Below, piece after piece: positions 26,483 through 46,900 of a stretch of DNA of 64,000 nt. The DNA is from Lingula anatina (taxonomy: Eukaryota > Animalia > Brachiopoda): NCBI GenBank assembly GCA_051362555.1, contig CM120648.1, positions 4,336,587 through 4,400,586 on the forward strand. Direction: 5' to 3'. The notes beneath the pieces are model-generated. The model ran no database searches. It saw nothing but the letters and a program-made list of their open reading frames with translations, and was not told where the DNA came from. Numbering within the stretch: the first letter of the stretch is position 1; every line of letters begins with the position of its first letter. Position numbers and translations under genes: made by a program.

Positions 26483-27001
26483 GTTCTGAACTGTGCAATG
26501 ATTGTGGCAAAGGTAAATCCGATCCCCTTCAAAGGGACGAACTTATTGGGTTCGAGTGTAAAACGAAATAAACTAGCACCTGTAGCACCTGCGTAAGCAC
26601 AAAAGTGATCTGTCGCTAGATGGCAGTGCCGTTTGTATTATGAAATGTACCAAGAATTATTCTCTGTCATGATTGGTCAACTGTGACACACCTCCCGGAC
26701 AGCGCAGTGATACCTAAAGCTCAAGACGTACCAAAATGCTTCATTTATCCCATTAAGTTGGTAAAAACATCACCAAACCTTTTTGGAAGTATTATCTATA
26801 AGTGAATAGGCGTATTGTTTCAATTCCCTATCTTATCATCGGTGTACTTTTTTCTCAGCTGACTCCGACCGTAGACGTTATTCGGTTGTGTGTTAGAGGT
26901 CACGCTAGACGAAAATAGAGAAGTTGTGATAGTTTGGCCTATATTTCCTTTAAAGAAGCATCAGATTTTAGTGCTACTGTTTGTTAATGAGAAGAATTAA
27001 G
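26483..27001. promoter_or_regulatory. Putative bidirectional promoter of ureF and ALDH4A1
   Basis: Divergent start codons separated by 519 bp; ATTGG (reverse CCAAT) at ~26672; CTCF-like motif at 26610-26628. Confidence 0.7.
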
Positions 27002-35063
<8,062 letters not shown>

Positions 35064-36870
35064 TAATTATAACAACATGACCTTGTTGCCATGGTGATCT
35101 TAGAGTAACTTGGCAACTTGGAGGACTTGTTACCGTGACAATGGTATGCTTATTACTGTTTCAGCAATATGATAATTGAGACAGCTCAGTAAATCTCTTC
35201 CTCGGTGAGAATTAATCCCTGGAAATACGTAGGTCTGAGGTACATATCCAAATACAGAATGTAACTTTATTGTTTATTGGCATGATGCAAAGACTACACA
35301 ACATGATTTGGAGGAAGATCTTGCATGAAAAAGTTTCATCTTTTCTGTGAAAAGTGTGGTAGTCAGTTCAACAGACAAACAAACAGATAATTAAGTTTGT
35401 TATTATAAAGTACAGCTGTATTTACAAATTAATTCATTCTGCATAATACAAGCACGGGTTATCACTGTAATACTGACACCCAGATAACAGTGTGAAATAT
35501 CTCTTAAACAACTGTTTAGCTGCTGTTAGTCTGGTTTAGAACTTTGATGGAATCTCTGGATTATGTGAACTTTACTATTTTCATTATTATTACTACTGTA
35601 GTACACAAATGCTCATTAACTGGTATACAGATTACTTTGCATAGTAACTAAGCTTTAAAAGACGTGTATGTTAACTTTATATGTATGTTATTTTTTCTTT
35701 TTGCTTTTACTTCCAAATGTAAGATACTGGTATTTGTTTATGGTTTGGACAATTTTTTGTGACTTTCTGATTGGAATTTATTTCAGTTGTGATACTCTAT
35801 CTGCTATGGTGTTATTTATATGCAAATATTATCAGTTATAAATTCCAACTGCAGTGTCCACCCCCCCCCCCTTCCCCTACAAAATATAGGTATTAGGCCC
35901 CATTCAGAATAGGGGACTAACTAGTCCGAGGGTCAAATATGACCAACCCACTTGAATACTTCCCCACTGGATATCTATTCAGTGTCTATTAGTGGATTAG
36001 GCAGCAAGCTTTGCAGTGGGTCACCATTTTCTGAATCGAGCCTTAGAAGACAAGTTTAAAACCTAACTATTCCTCGGCTGGCCCCACTCAGCATGGAATA
36101 TCTTTATTTTACTACTGATTGTCAACTGTGATTTTTGTCTATTATATAGAGTTACCAAATAAGAAAAGAAAAAATGCCAAAGGCATTGCTATCACTAAGC
36201 AGTGTTATGAATTTGAAATTTATTTAATATGTTAACAAATATTATGTATTGTAGGTCCTTCATTAATTCTTGAGTATTTATTGGTGGTAACAATGCACCC
36301 TTATTTCAGTATATATTTATAATTTCATTTCAGACGAATATTGATATATGGTCTTCAGATATGCTTTAAAAAGAGGAATTAAAATAATACAATAGTTAAT
36401 GATTGATAATCTGTATATTGATATTTTGTATATTGTCATGCTCATATGATCTGTTGTGATTTCAGTAATTTGGAATGTTCCCATAAACCCATTGTATTAC
36501 CTAAATTTGCAGGGATTCTTGCTGAATTGCATTCAGTGTAAGCTATAGGGACTTAAATGTCAGGCGTGCCTACTTTAGTAACTAGGGGGTAATTAATGAT
36601 AGTCAATGACTCAGGAAGATGTGCCAGACAATTTCGCTGACTACACTGAAAGCACTTCAGCAAGATGCCCCACAGAGTTATATAGACCCAGCTAGTACTA
36701 TGGGCTTATGGGAATGCAGTCATAGCAACTGTAACCAAGGAGTTATAACTCCTTGCTGTAACATTGTGAATGGTTTAATTAAAAGAATGTGGTAAACGGG
36801 ATTAAAACCTATTTGAGTAGGTTGAATAAAACTGATGAAATTAACTCACTGCCTGACCATACCTGCAGTA

Positions 36871-37416
36871 TACGAGGGTTGATTGATAAGTAGTGAGCCT
36901 CGTGTGGAAGGGGTTAAGCAGGGATATCCCTTTTCAGCCCTTCTATTCCCTGACTATTTAAAGGTGTGTAGCCGAAGTTTGGTGTCATTTGGTTAGTTTA
37001 TGTCGACGAGGTAGCACTCTCAAATAAGCAAGACAAGTGACTTTTGCAAAATGCCTATGCTCACAAGTCTGTCATTGCCATGGCTGCAATCAACAAGTGT
37101 GGCTTTGAACTGATAGAACATCCACCTTATTTGCCTGATCTTGCTCCCTCTGACTATTATCTATTTCCCAAGTTGAAAAAGGCCATTTCAGGTACTCACT
37201 TTGTGTCAGATGATGACATCATACGTGAAGTGGAGGGGTTTCTGAACGGCCAAGAGAAGGGCTTCTATAAACGTGGCATAGAGGCTCTCAAAACTTGCTG
37301 GCAAAAGTGTATACATGTAGATACTCAAGGAAACTATGTTGAAAAATAAAGAAAAATACTTGTAAAATGTGTACCCCTTCTATATGAGGCTCACTACTTA
37401 TCAATCAAACCTCGTA
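36871..37416 (+). mobile_element. Internally deleted mariner (Tc1/mariner) element with transposase C-terminus (37044-37349)
   Basis: ~31-bp TIR tacgagggttgattgataagtagtgagcctc / gaggctcactacttatcaatcaaacctcgta, TA flanks, motif HPPYLPDLAPSDYYLFPKLK. Confidence 0.92.
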
Positions 37417-39041
37417 TATATACTATAATAGTAAACAAACATACTCCTTATGCACTGTGCATTTTCTCTACTAAATTCCTGTTCGACAGAACATTACCTT
37501 TGGATTCGAGACTATATTTTTCTGTTTTCTATTTGGTTATTTGAATATTAGATACTTTTTTTACTTACTATGGCTAACTCCACTTGAGATTTACTGTATG
37601 ATATGTACCATATTTAATGGATCAGTATGGTATTACATGAAGTAATATTATATTACAATTATTTTGTATTTTTTCCCTAATTTTTTGAAGTGTGGAAGTT
37701 CAATTTGATTTTTTGAGTTTTCCAATGTGAGCTTTATACTATTTTCACTGTAACAGTTATGCAGTCTTTTCAAAATAAACTGACTTTTATCTCTATACAG
37801 ACTGAAGGAAACTTACATTCAATAAATGCTGATTTTGAGAGGATCTACTCTTGAAAATTTATTCATTTTTTTCTTCCTCCTTAAAACACCTTTTTTATTT
37901 TTTAAAATAAATAATAATAATAATAAACATTATTAAAAGAGGGTAAACATGTCAAATACATGGCCCTCTGAGGGGTTAGAATGTACTGATATTGAATGTA
38001 TTGTTATACTGTATTGATGAACAAAATTTGAAATATTTATTTAAAAAATGTTTTAAAAAAATTAAAATAAAAACACGAGATAACACATTTAAGAGTTTTC
38101 TGCTTTTTGTAATTTTGCCTTTTGTTTTTTATTATTATTATTTTTTAATACGAAATGTTGAAATACTTTAAAAATTATTTGTAAAGGAATCGAACGTCGT
38201 GTCTTGTTGGCGCAAAAAAAGCGCTCTCGATCTTCAGTAGTGAAGGAAGGAAATTTACAATGTTTACGAATGGCGCCGGCGGAATAGAATTTTAGCAAGT
38301 TAACGTTCAATTTTATTTTCAGATCTATGGTTAAGTTGTTGTACCTGCGAATCCCAGTGATAGCAACGGTAAGGAATAACACCGAGAACACGACGAGTGG
38401 AAGTGCTATTCTAAGTCTCTTCACTAAGAAGAGATTTTCCGCCTTAAATATTCATCAAGTTCTCAACTCAAATATTGTTGTGTTATGGGTGCTAGCATAC
38501 TGCTAGCTGGACTGACATTGTTTTACTATAGCCATGAGCTGTGCGATTTCAATTTCTTATCCAAATCCAAGTGCATTTCTGTCTTTAATTTACTAGTAAA
38601 TTACCCCTTTTTTTCAAAATTAATCAGTGTTATTGCTAGTCTAACGGACCGTTCAGATTAAGTTCATAAACCCATCGTACTCGCTGGATCGATCTAACTC
38701 TGCTGGATATTCACCCTAAGTGTAATCAGTGTGATCAGCTTTAATGTCTGAGATGCCTCCTCTAGCTGTTAGGGGGTAATTAAACCCAGCTCTCACGAAA
38801 GTTAATTACCCCTCAGCTACAGTACGCAAGAAGGCGTATCAAACAATATACTAGTAGCTCTGAATGCAATTTAGCAAGAATCCCCACAAAGTTGGATCGA
38901 TTCAGCTGGAATGATCTTTGAATCTGAATGTGGTCTAAATGTGTTCCATTTTCAGAATCCCCTCACGTAATGTTACTGTGGTAACCTTCATGCAAACCGA
39001 CAAGAGAAATCCCATCCGGGAAGTGATGTTTTAAGGACAAA

Positions 39042-40017
39042 ATGGTGGTACTAAAAGAAGAAAAGCACCATAGTTCTCACCCTGGCGACAAATTTGAAAT
39101 GGATCCACAAAAGAATAAACAATCATCTCACGATCAACATCTGTTGGAAAACTCAAGTGAAGAAAGTAAAAATGATCAAGATGAAAGCACTCTACAAAAA
39201 CCAATTAAACAAGAATCAGGCATTAATTTAACAGACTTTAAAAAACCATGGACACCAAAAGCAAAGCCACATTTGCAGTCATATCAAAGGCAAAAACAGC
39301 GTCTAGCTGTGTCTCCCCTGGTGAAGAAGCTAATGTCAAGGAAGAGAAGGAAGGATGAGTCTGAGAGTGGCAGTTCCTCCAGTGAGGAAGGTTCTCTGAC
39401 AAAAAAAGTAAGGATAAGGCCAGACATAATTGATTAGATAGCTAACAAGTTATTTTTTTAACTGAGCAACTAAATTATTTTTCAGATCCTTTTTACGGTA
39501 GGAAGTGTCAAATTCACAGTGTAGGCAATTGTATAACATTTATAAAACAAGAGCATAATACAAAACAAATATAATACAAGAGCATTTAAGTTTTTTCTGG
39601 GTCAGTTGTGAATTTCTTCCATGTGCAAAACCAATATTTTACCAACAGTTTTTTTCTGAAATAAATTGATCTTAAAGCAACTGTGACACAGCCTAGCTGT
39701 TTGAATAAATCAGTGCTTATTCAGTATAATACAGAATGTGAAATAAATGGCCTTATTTATTATAATTATAATAATTTCCAGAGGTGGTGTTCTTCACCAC
39801 AGAGCCAGTCCAGGGCCCAGCAGTGGCATCAGTTTGGAGGTGTTCTGGACATAGAGCTGTCCCAGACCAGCAGGCAGTATAACCTGCACCCTGCACAGAG
39901 GGGGAGCTGGGAGGTGGTGTGTGGGCTGGCAGGTAGGAGATATATGTGTGGTTGATACACGCACACACACTAACACACATACACACACACACACATGCAC
40001 AAACACATGCACACACG

Positions 40018-40056
<39 letters not shown>

Positions 40057-40836
40057 GAGGAGCAGAGAGGTGGTGTGTGGGCTGGCAGGTAGGGTATATA
40101 CAGTATATATGTGCATGATATATGCACTTGTACAGAGAGAGAGAGATCTTATAGATTATGAGGGCTGATATATACACACAAATATTTAAATGTAGTATGC
40201 AGTGGAATCTAATTTATTTGAAGAATAAGGGACAGACTATTCAAGGAATAAAAGCTGCTTCTAAATTACTAAGATCTTAATAGATTATATGAAGAAAAAC
40301 TTAACAATATTATGGATGTTGTTTTGAAGTAGATAATTCTCAAATAATCATGATTTCTATATCCTAATTGACCAGGCAACACTAGTGAACCACAGGACTC
40401 AGCATGGCTCAAAATCAGCAGTATTATATCCCAGGGGAAACTTCCACATTGTAATGCTGTGTTGGTAAGAACTTTGGATGAAAATTTGCCTAATAGTATT
40501 TTTACTGGTATTCATGTGACACGCGTGAAGAAATTTGTATGGTAATGTTGTGTTGATAAGGAGATTGACCTTCACAGTGTAAAGATTAAATTTAGTTTAT
40601 TAAGATATTAAAATATTTATTTAAATATTAAAATATGATGCTGTATAGTTCAGGAATTCAACAATTATTTAGAAACTGTGTGTGTGTGTGTGTGTGCATG
40701 TTTGTGAAGTCATTTTTCATAGTCATCAAAAGTCTTCTGTCAATTTCTATCCAAAAGGTACCATCTATATGTCAGAGTAAGAGAATAGTGTAAATTTTTC
40801 ATTCACTGTTTATGGGTAATTTCTGTTACAGATTGA
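39042..40836 (+). CDS. Uncharacterised small protein, ~173 aa. Exons 39042-39407, 39782-39932, 40832-40836 (stop); likely 5' exon 38323-38368 and last exon from 41054
   Basis: Good GT-AG sites, open frame, NLS-like RKRRK, Ser/Glu-rich region; AATAAA at 41691; no family recognised. Confidence 0.55.
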
Positions 40837-43800
40837 GCCAGATTCTATTAGTGTCTACTGCAACTTCAGTCACTGTTTACAAGTAAGTTCTTGAAAGGGT
40901 TGACTTTCATATGCTTTGTGATTTTTTAAAGTCGGGATGAAAAATTAATTTTAAAATATTATAAATCTTATATTTGATATTATATTTAAAGATACATTGA
41001 AATGAATCATGCTTCAGTTTATTTTATAAACACTTTATTCATTCTGTTCCCAGGTTTATGATATATTGAAGGGAGAGTTGGGGATGACATCCCCCGTGGA
41101 TTTCAGAGTTCAGGGACATGGTGCTGTGCTTAGACGGTGACATAATTTCCTCATTGCTCACTTTCACTTTCATTTTTGGACATGATTCAGTGACAGATAA
41201 AAGAGCTAGGTTCAGCAGCTTGCTTTAAAGCACATTTGGTGAATTCTTAATCATAATGAAATTGGGCATGGTATTTAATGGTTGCCCTTTACTTAGTGCT
41301 CTTTCAGTTGTCATTTCGACAAAATAGGACACCAGTGTAAAATTATTTCAGCTGTTCTCTAATTTATCTACAGGATTTTGTCAAAGCAGGGATATTTTGA
41401 CTGTAAAGAAAAGATATTTGGTAAAATGTGTTTTTACATGAAACACACTCAAGTTTTAAATTTTTGATAACAGAATTAAAGAAATGGAGAACATTTCATG
41501 TTGAATTTCATCAATTTCTATTATTTATTGGCTGTATAATTATAAATATTTATTATCTTCTCTTTGTGTGGATTTTTAAATAATCTGTCGGGTTGTTGTT
41601 TTTACATTGTATGTTTATATTTATATATTTATTATTGATTTATTTGTAGTTATTTCACATTGAATGAATAGTGTTCCAAAAGAGCAATTCAATAAAGCCT
41701 CTGGTGACTACGTATGTCTTTACTTATACAATGTCAGGTTTATTACCATTTTCACATTTATTTAATTTGAACACTTTACTATTTATTACACTTTCATCAT
41801 AGCTTGGCACTAGTTAGAAATGTCTGATGATTTTGTTAAAATTGTTGCTCAAAAAGCAAAGGTCAAAATAAATTAAAGAAAGTGTTTTTTAATAATGCCT
41901 TTTTTGTTGTCATTTTGGACTCATTCAGGTGATTAAGACCAGCATCTTACGCCCCCACCCTTAAAAAAAAAAAAATAATAATAAAAATTTAAAGCTTTAC
42001 TGATATATCTTGATACTTGAAAGTTTCAGTACATTTTAACATGCCTTTAAATCCCTGTTCTAGGTTCTACTGTACTCTTTTGTTTACTGAGCTTACTGAG
42101 GCCCAATTTTGTCAGATTAAAGTACGAATCAAAAGGCTCCTATAATTGGGGCATCTGTTGGACCCAATTGACGATGGTACATATATATATATAAAGACCT
42201 GCAGAATCTATAAATTATATAGCTGCAATCCACGCACTTCTGTCCAATAACTCCCTCATTCATACTATATTCACATTTCTTTTGCATACAGCTATTGTTG
42301 GGCAGCGAGGCCATCAACAGAAATAGTGTATAAAAACATTTTATTACAGTTTAACAAAATACTAATGATAATAATAATTATAATTACAATAATGTGCACA
42401 TTATAGTGAGTTACAAATAGAATCAACAAATACATCTTGCCAACCAGTTCAGAAAATTAATTTGTAACTGAACGTGCCTTACTAAGAGCATACAAGTGAC
42501 ATGCTTCTAACAACTCATGGTTCTTCTGCTGTAATTCACTATTTTAGAATACCAACTACATTCTAAGGGAACCTGGTGTCATTTGATGAGCAAAAACCAA
42601 CATCCTTCTTTATCAGTTGTGTACACTTTGTGTCAGCCATCAATTCTGTGATTTGTGATGGGGAGGGGGGGGGGGTACCTAGAGCAGGGACACCAAATTA
42701 CAGTCATAATTCTGTAATGGTCACAATTATATGTGGCCATTCATAACTTCAATATTTAATGAGATGTAATGAGAATAATAATAATAATATTAAAAATTCA
42801 CATATGTACTCAGTATGCCTAAACAATTTATAGAAAAAGCCATCTTTGAAGAGCAATATTCACTTCAGAATTATCAATACTAAAACTGACTGCAGTATAC
42901 TTCTTTGCATGAAAATTGTACAAAACAAAATTTTACATTCAATCCAATGGGAACAAAACTTCCTCCAATCCTCCAAGCTCTACTTTGTGCTTCTTAGCAT
43001 GGCTGACAAGTTTTACCAAATGGTTTTGTCAAGAAATAAAATCAAATTGTCCATGTTGATATTTTTAAGCAGTTGTTCATACTATACACTAACTCCTAGA
43101 AAACTTTGCAAGATTTATTTCACGTCAGTTACAATACTCCACAAGAAGGTGCCTATTACATATGTACAATAAATAAGCATTAAGCACCTTTAGTTAACAA
43201 AGTCTCGTTAAAAGCACAATTTAATTCACATATTATAGTGCCTCAACAAATTATGCATGACAAGATTTAAAATAAATAAAATGTTCCCAGCACAAACAGG
43301 TACACATATTTGTTATTCTCGTTAATTATGTGATAAGTACAGAGTCATGCTCATCCAAATGTGACCTTGAATTTGACCTTTGACCTACTTCCTACAGTGA
43401 AATGTTTCTTGAAAAAATTATCCGTACCTGATACCTCTAAAATAAATAAGGGCAAGAAAATTGCAAATTTACAAGAAAGCAATTCATGGTTGAAAGTAGG
43501 TCCAAGGCCATGTTCACCAGATACACAAGTTGGCAGTGCAGCAATCACGTCATGAAACCATCACATAAATTATCCTTCATCAAAACTTTATCCACAAGTA
43601 TGAGGGGAACAAAAGAGCCCATTATATTTGATATTGGCAATGTTCCACTTCCTAGTAAGCCAAATAAATGTCACTTCCCACATTAAGCCAATAGGCCTTA
43701 AAACTTAACCCTAGAGATACATTCCACTGGAATATGTGCAAGGTTGCTGTACATCTTTAATTCAGATTATGCCATATAAAATACAGGTATTCTGAAGATG

Positions 43801-43969
43801 ATGTGTCAGATGATGTTGGATATGACTGTACACTTCAGCATACAAATGTTAAAGCAATATGCTGTTAAGATCTTCATGCATACACAATGGCTAAGAAAAC
43901 ACCCAGTGGTGAAGCCCATTCACTCTGTTATCTATACACAGTACTGTAGATGGCGCTATAGGACTGATG

Positions 43970-46900
43970 TTATACATCATGTTTCAGGTATTGTTTGATG
44001 AAACTGTTCAGTTCTGTGTCAATGTATCCAGCTTTATTTCTGAAAACAAGAGACAAAAAAATCAATAAGCACCTGTTACTAACTATAAATTTAAATGGTT
44101 TCAAGTGGCATGAAAAATGTTTGTCTCCATATTCTGAAAGTCAGCTTCTTAATTCATGTACACAAATTTTACAAAAAATTATTTCTGCTATGTCTCAATA
44201 ACTACGCACTTGCACTTCACACAATTTTGTCTTGTAACTATTTCAATACTTTAAAGTCAACTATCCCTTGAATGGAATTAAAAATTCAATCACAATTCAC
44301 AAACAAGACCAACCTAAGTAATTTTGCCTTATTTCCAAACTCCTCATACTTCACTGCCTCCCTGTTGTAGCTTGCGATGGCCTCCTCCAGGTCTGCCTTG
44401 GTGTGGTCAACATGGGAACACAGTCTGGAGAATGTGGAGCTCAGCTCCCTGGAAATAACACAAGGGGAAAAATATTGAAACTTTACTATTTTAATTCCCT
44501 GGAAATAACACAGGAGAGGAAAAATATTGAAACTTCATCATTTCAACTCCTTGGAAATAACACAGGAGGGGAAAAATATTGAAACTTCTCCATTCCAACT
44601 CCCCGGAGAAAACACAGGAGGGGTGTAATATTGAAACTTCATTTCAACTCTCTGGCAATAACATGGGACACAGAAGAAAATTGAAACTAAACCATTTCAA
44701 CATCTGAAATGGTCTATGGCAACTTAACTGTAATGGTGATAACAGACTTAAATATGATGAAGTACATAGCACAATATACACTGTGAAAAAAAAAGAACAC
44801 TTACTGTTGGACTTGATGGCTACAGTTGGCACTTGTCAGGTCCACTATCAGTTTGAGTTTGTTGGAGGCGTAGTCCACGTACTGCCTCTTGAACGTCCTT
44901 TCTTTGGCTTTATTTGTCCAGGCGAGCCTCTCGTACAGGTACACTCCCCCATATAGAGCCAGGCCCACACCAACCACCTGCCAGCCAACTGCTCTGAATG
45001 CCTGAAATAGAAAGTGAAAGTATACACAATATAAGGTGAAGTTTAGATATTATATTTAAAGATAATACCATCGACTTCTCTCTCTCTCCCTCTCTCGCAC
45101 GCACGCACGCACGCACACACGCACACACACACACACACTCTGAATTCAATACTTTGTCACAACAATGACAGCACCAATAGTTAAATACAGTGCTAAATTT
45201 ACTTACAATTCCCACAACAACGACAGCACCAACTGTTGACCTAGAGGCCAGAGATGAGAAATTGGTCAGTAACGCCATCATGAGTTCATTCTTCTGTCTC
45301 ACAGGGTAGCTCTCCGGCTCCATGGGGGTCATTGGGGTCAGTGGGGGAGGAATCTGGAATTATGGGAAAGAAAAAAGTAAACGTCTTGCAACTACTTAGG
45401 GTGACTTTGTGAGAGTGCCTGCTTTGAGCAGAAAGAATAATGCACATTGACAGTCTAATAAAGATATGTTCATAAGATTCATGTATGAAAACATAAGTGA
45501 AAAACCAGTATAAGTTTTTCTGGCATAAGGTTTGTCATTACTTACATTAAAAGCATAAAATACATATAATATTTTGAATATTAATCATTTGAGATACAGA
45601 GAAAAAGCTGAGTATTGTATTTAGAAAAATGGTGATGAAATTGGTAAGAAGGGTTCTTTTGTACAAAGGCCCAATTTGATCAAGGTGAGAGACAAAGATT
45701 TTGTGTACATGTCATTTCTATTACTTCAAAACTACATACAGTACTTTTAGTGATAACTAATAACAAGCAAAGACAATGCCACTTATTTCGTCATTAAAAA
45801 ACTTCTAAGGTGGCAATAAAGTTGACTTGGATTACCTGATTGCTGTACCCCCTCAGCGCCCTAGAAGCACACTTTGGACCCAGGAACCTCTTGACTAACG
45901 AGGAAATTCCAAGAGAAAAGTGGAACTCGATGTCTTCCCTGAAGTCTGCGCAGAGATTACGGCAGTCCAGGCGGTATGCGATTTCAAAGTCTCTCCTGGG
46001 TAAAGAGTTCAGCAGCTGTAGCTTGGACTCCTCAGGTAACAGGTGAGAGATACGATCTGGAGTGGGGAGGGATGACAAATGTTAGAAGGAACATTCTAAG
46101 CACAAAAAAGACATTTTAAGTTAAATAACTGCATCACTTTTGACTGTAGCAATTATTTGCCATTAATTTTTTTAAATTGTTATCAATTTTGCTCTCCCAC
46201 AATAGTTAATACATAAGATAAATAATCATTTTTTAAATATCACTGTAAATAAAAAAGGTTCAGCTACAAATTTATTGCACTTCTATTTACACGTAAAACA
46301 CACCATTTATTGGTAAAAATGTTATTTAAATAAACATTCAAAGCAGGTTGTCAACACTAGTAACAACAGTGACCGTTATATTTGCAGAAATCAAACTCAG
46401 TCTGGTTATTAAAATGACAAAATCAAACTGGTTGTTCAAGTACAGCATCCACCAGATCTGAACTATAAAATAAATCAAATGCATTGGACCATTTCACAAC
46501 ACATTTCTCTGCTGTATTCTATCAAACCAACTTTTTCTTAAAAGATATTACTAAAACAAATAGGATACAAAGAGAAAATGAGAAAATAGGATATATCAAG
46601 ATCATACCAATGTGACAAAATATCAACAAACGTGCAACATAATTATCATGCACAAACCTGTCATGTCGCGCTCTGTGCAGTCAACAGCACGCAACAACGC
46701 CTCCGAACACTTGGCTTGTAAGTTACGCCCTAAACTTTGCTCCACGTGAGCATGCAGTTCCTACGAACACAAACCAGGTGGAAAATAATAAGGTGTAAAT
46801 CAAATGAAAATATACAACGAAATATCAAGCTGGGGTTAATAAGAGAATATCTGATCTGAATTTCACGACGAGAAAACAGTCTCACAAATATAAACTGAAC

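Noticed and set aside
38089-38424. 111-aa minus-strand ORF with a hydrophobic N-terminus
   Set aside because: Overlaps the promoter/leader of the plus-strand gene, runs into low-complexity AT sequence, no recognisable family
40832-40851. In-frame TGA as selenocysteine (...CGLAD-U-ARFY*)
   Set aside because: No SECIS-like AUGA/AA/GA hairpin seen by eye in 41054-41700 and no resemblance to known selenoproteins; a SECIS search would settle it
44445-44700. Regularly spaced repeats as a CRISPR-like array (also 58625-58938)
   Set aside because: Units are similar along their whole length with no unique spacers; eukaryotic intron context, no cas genes
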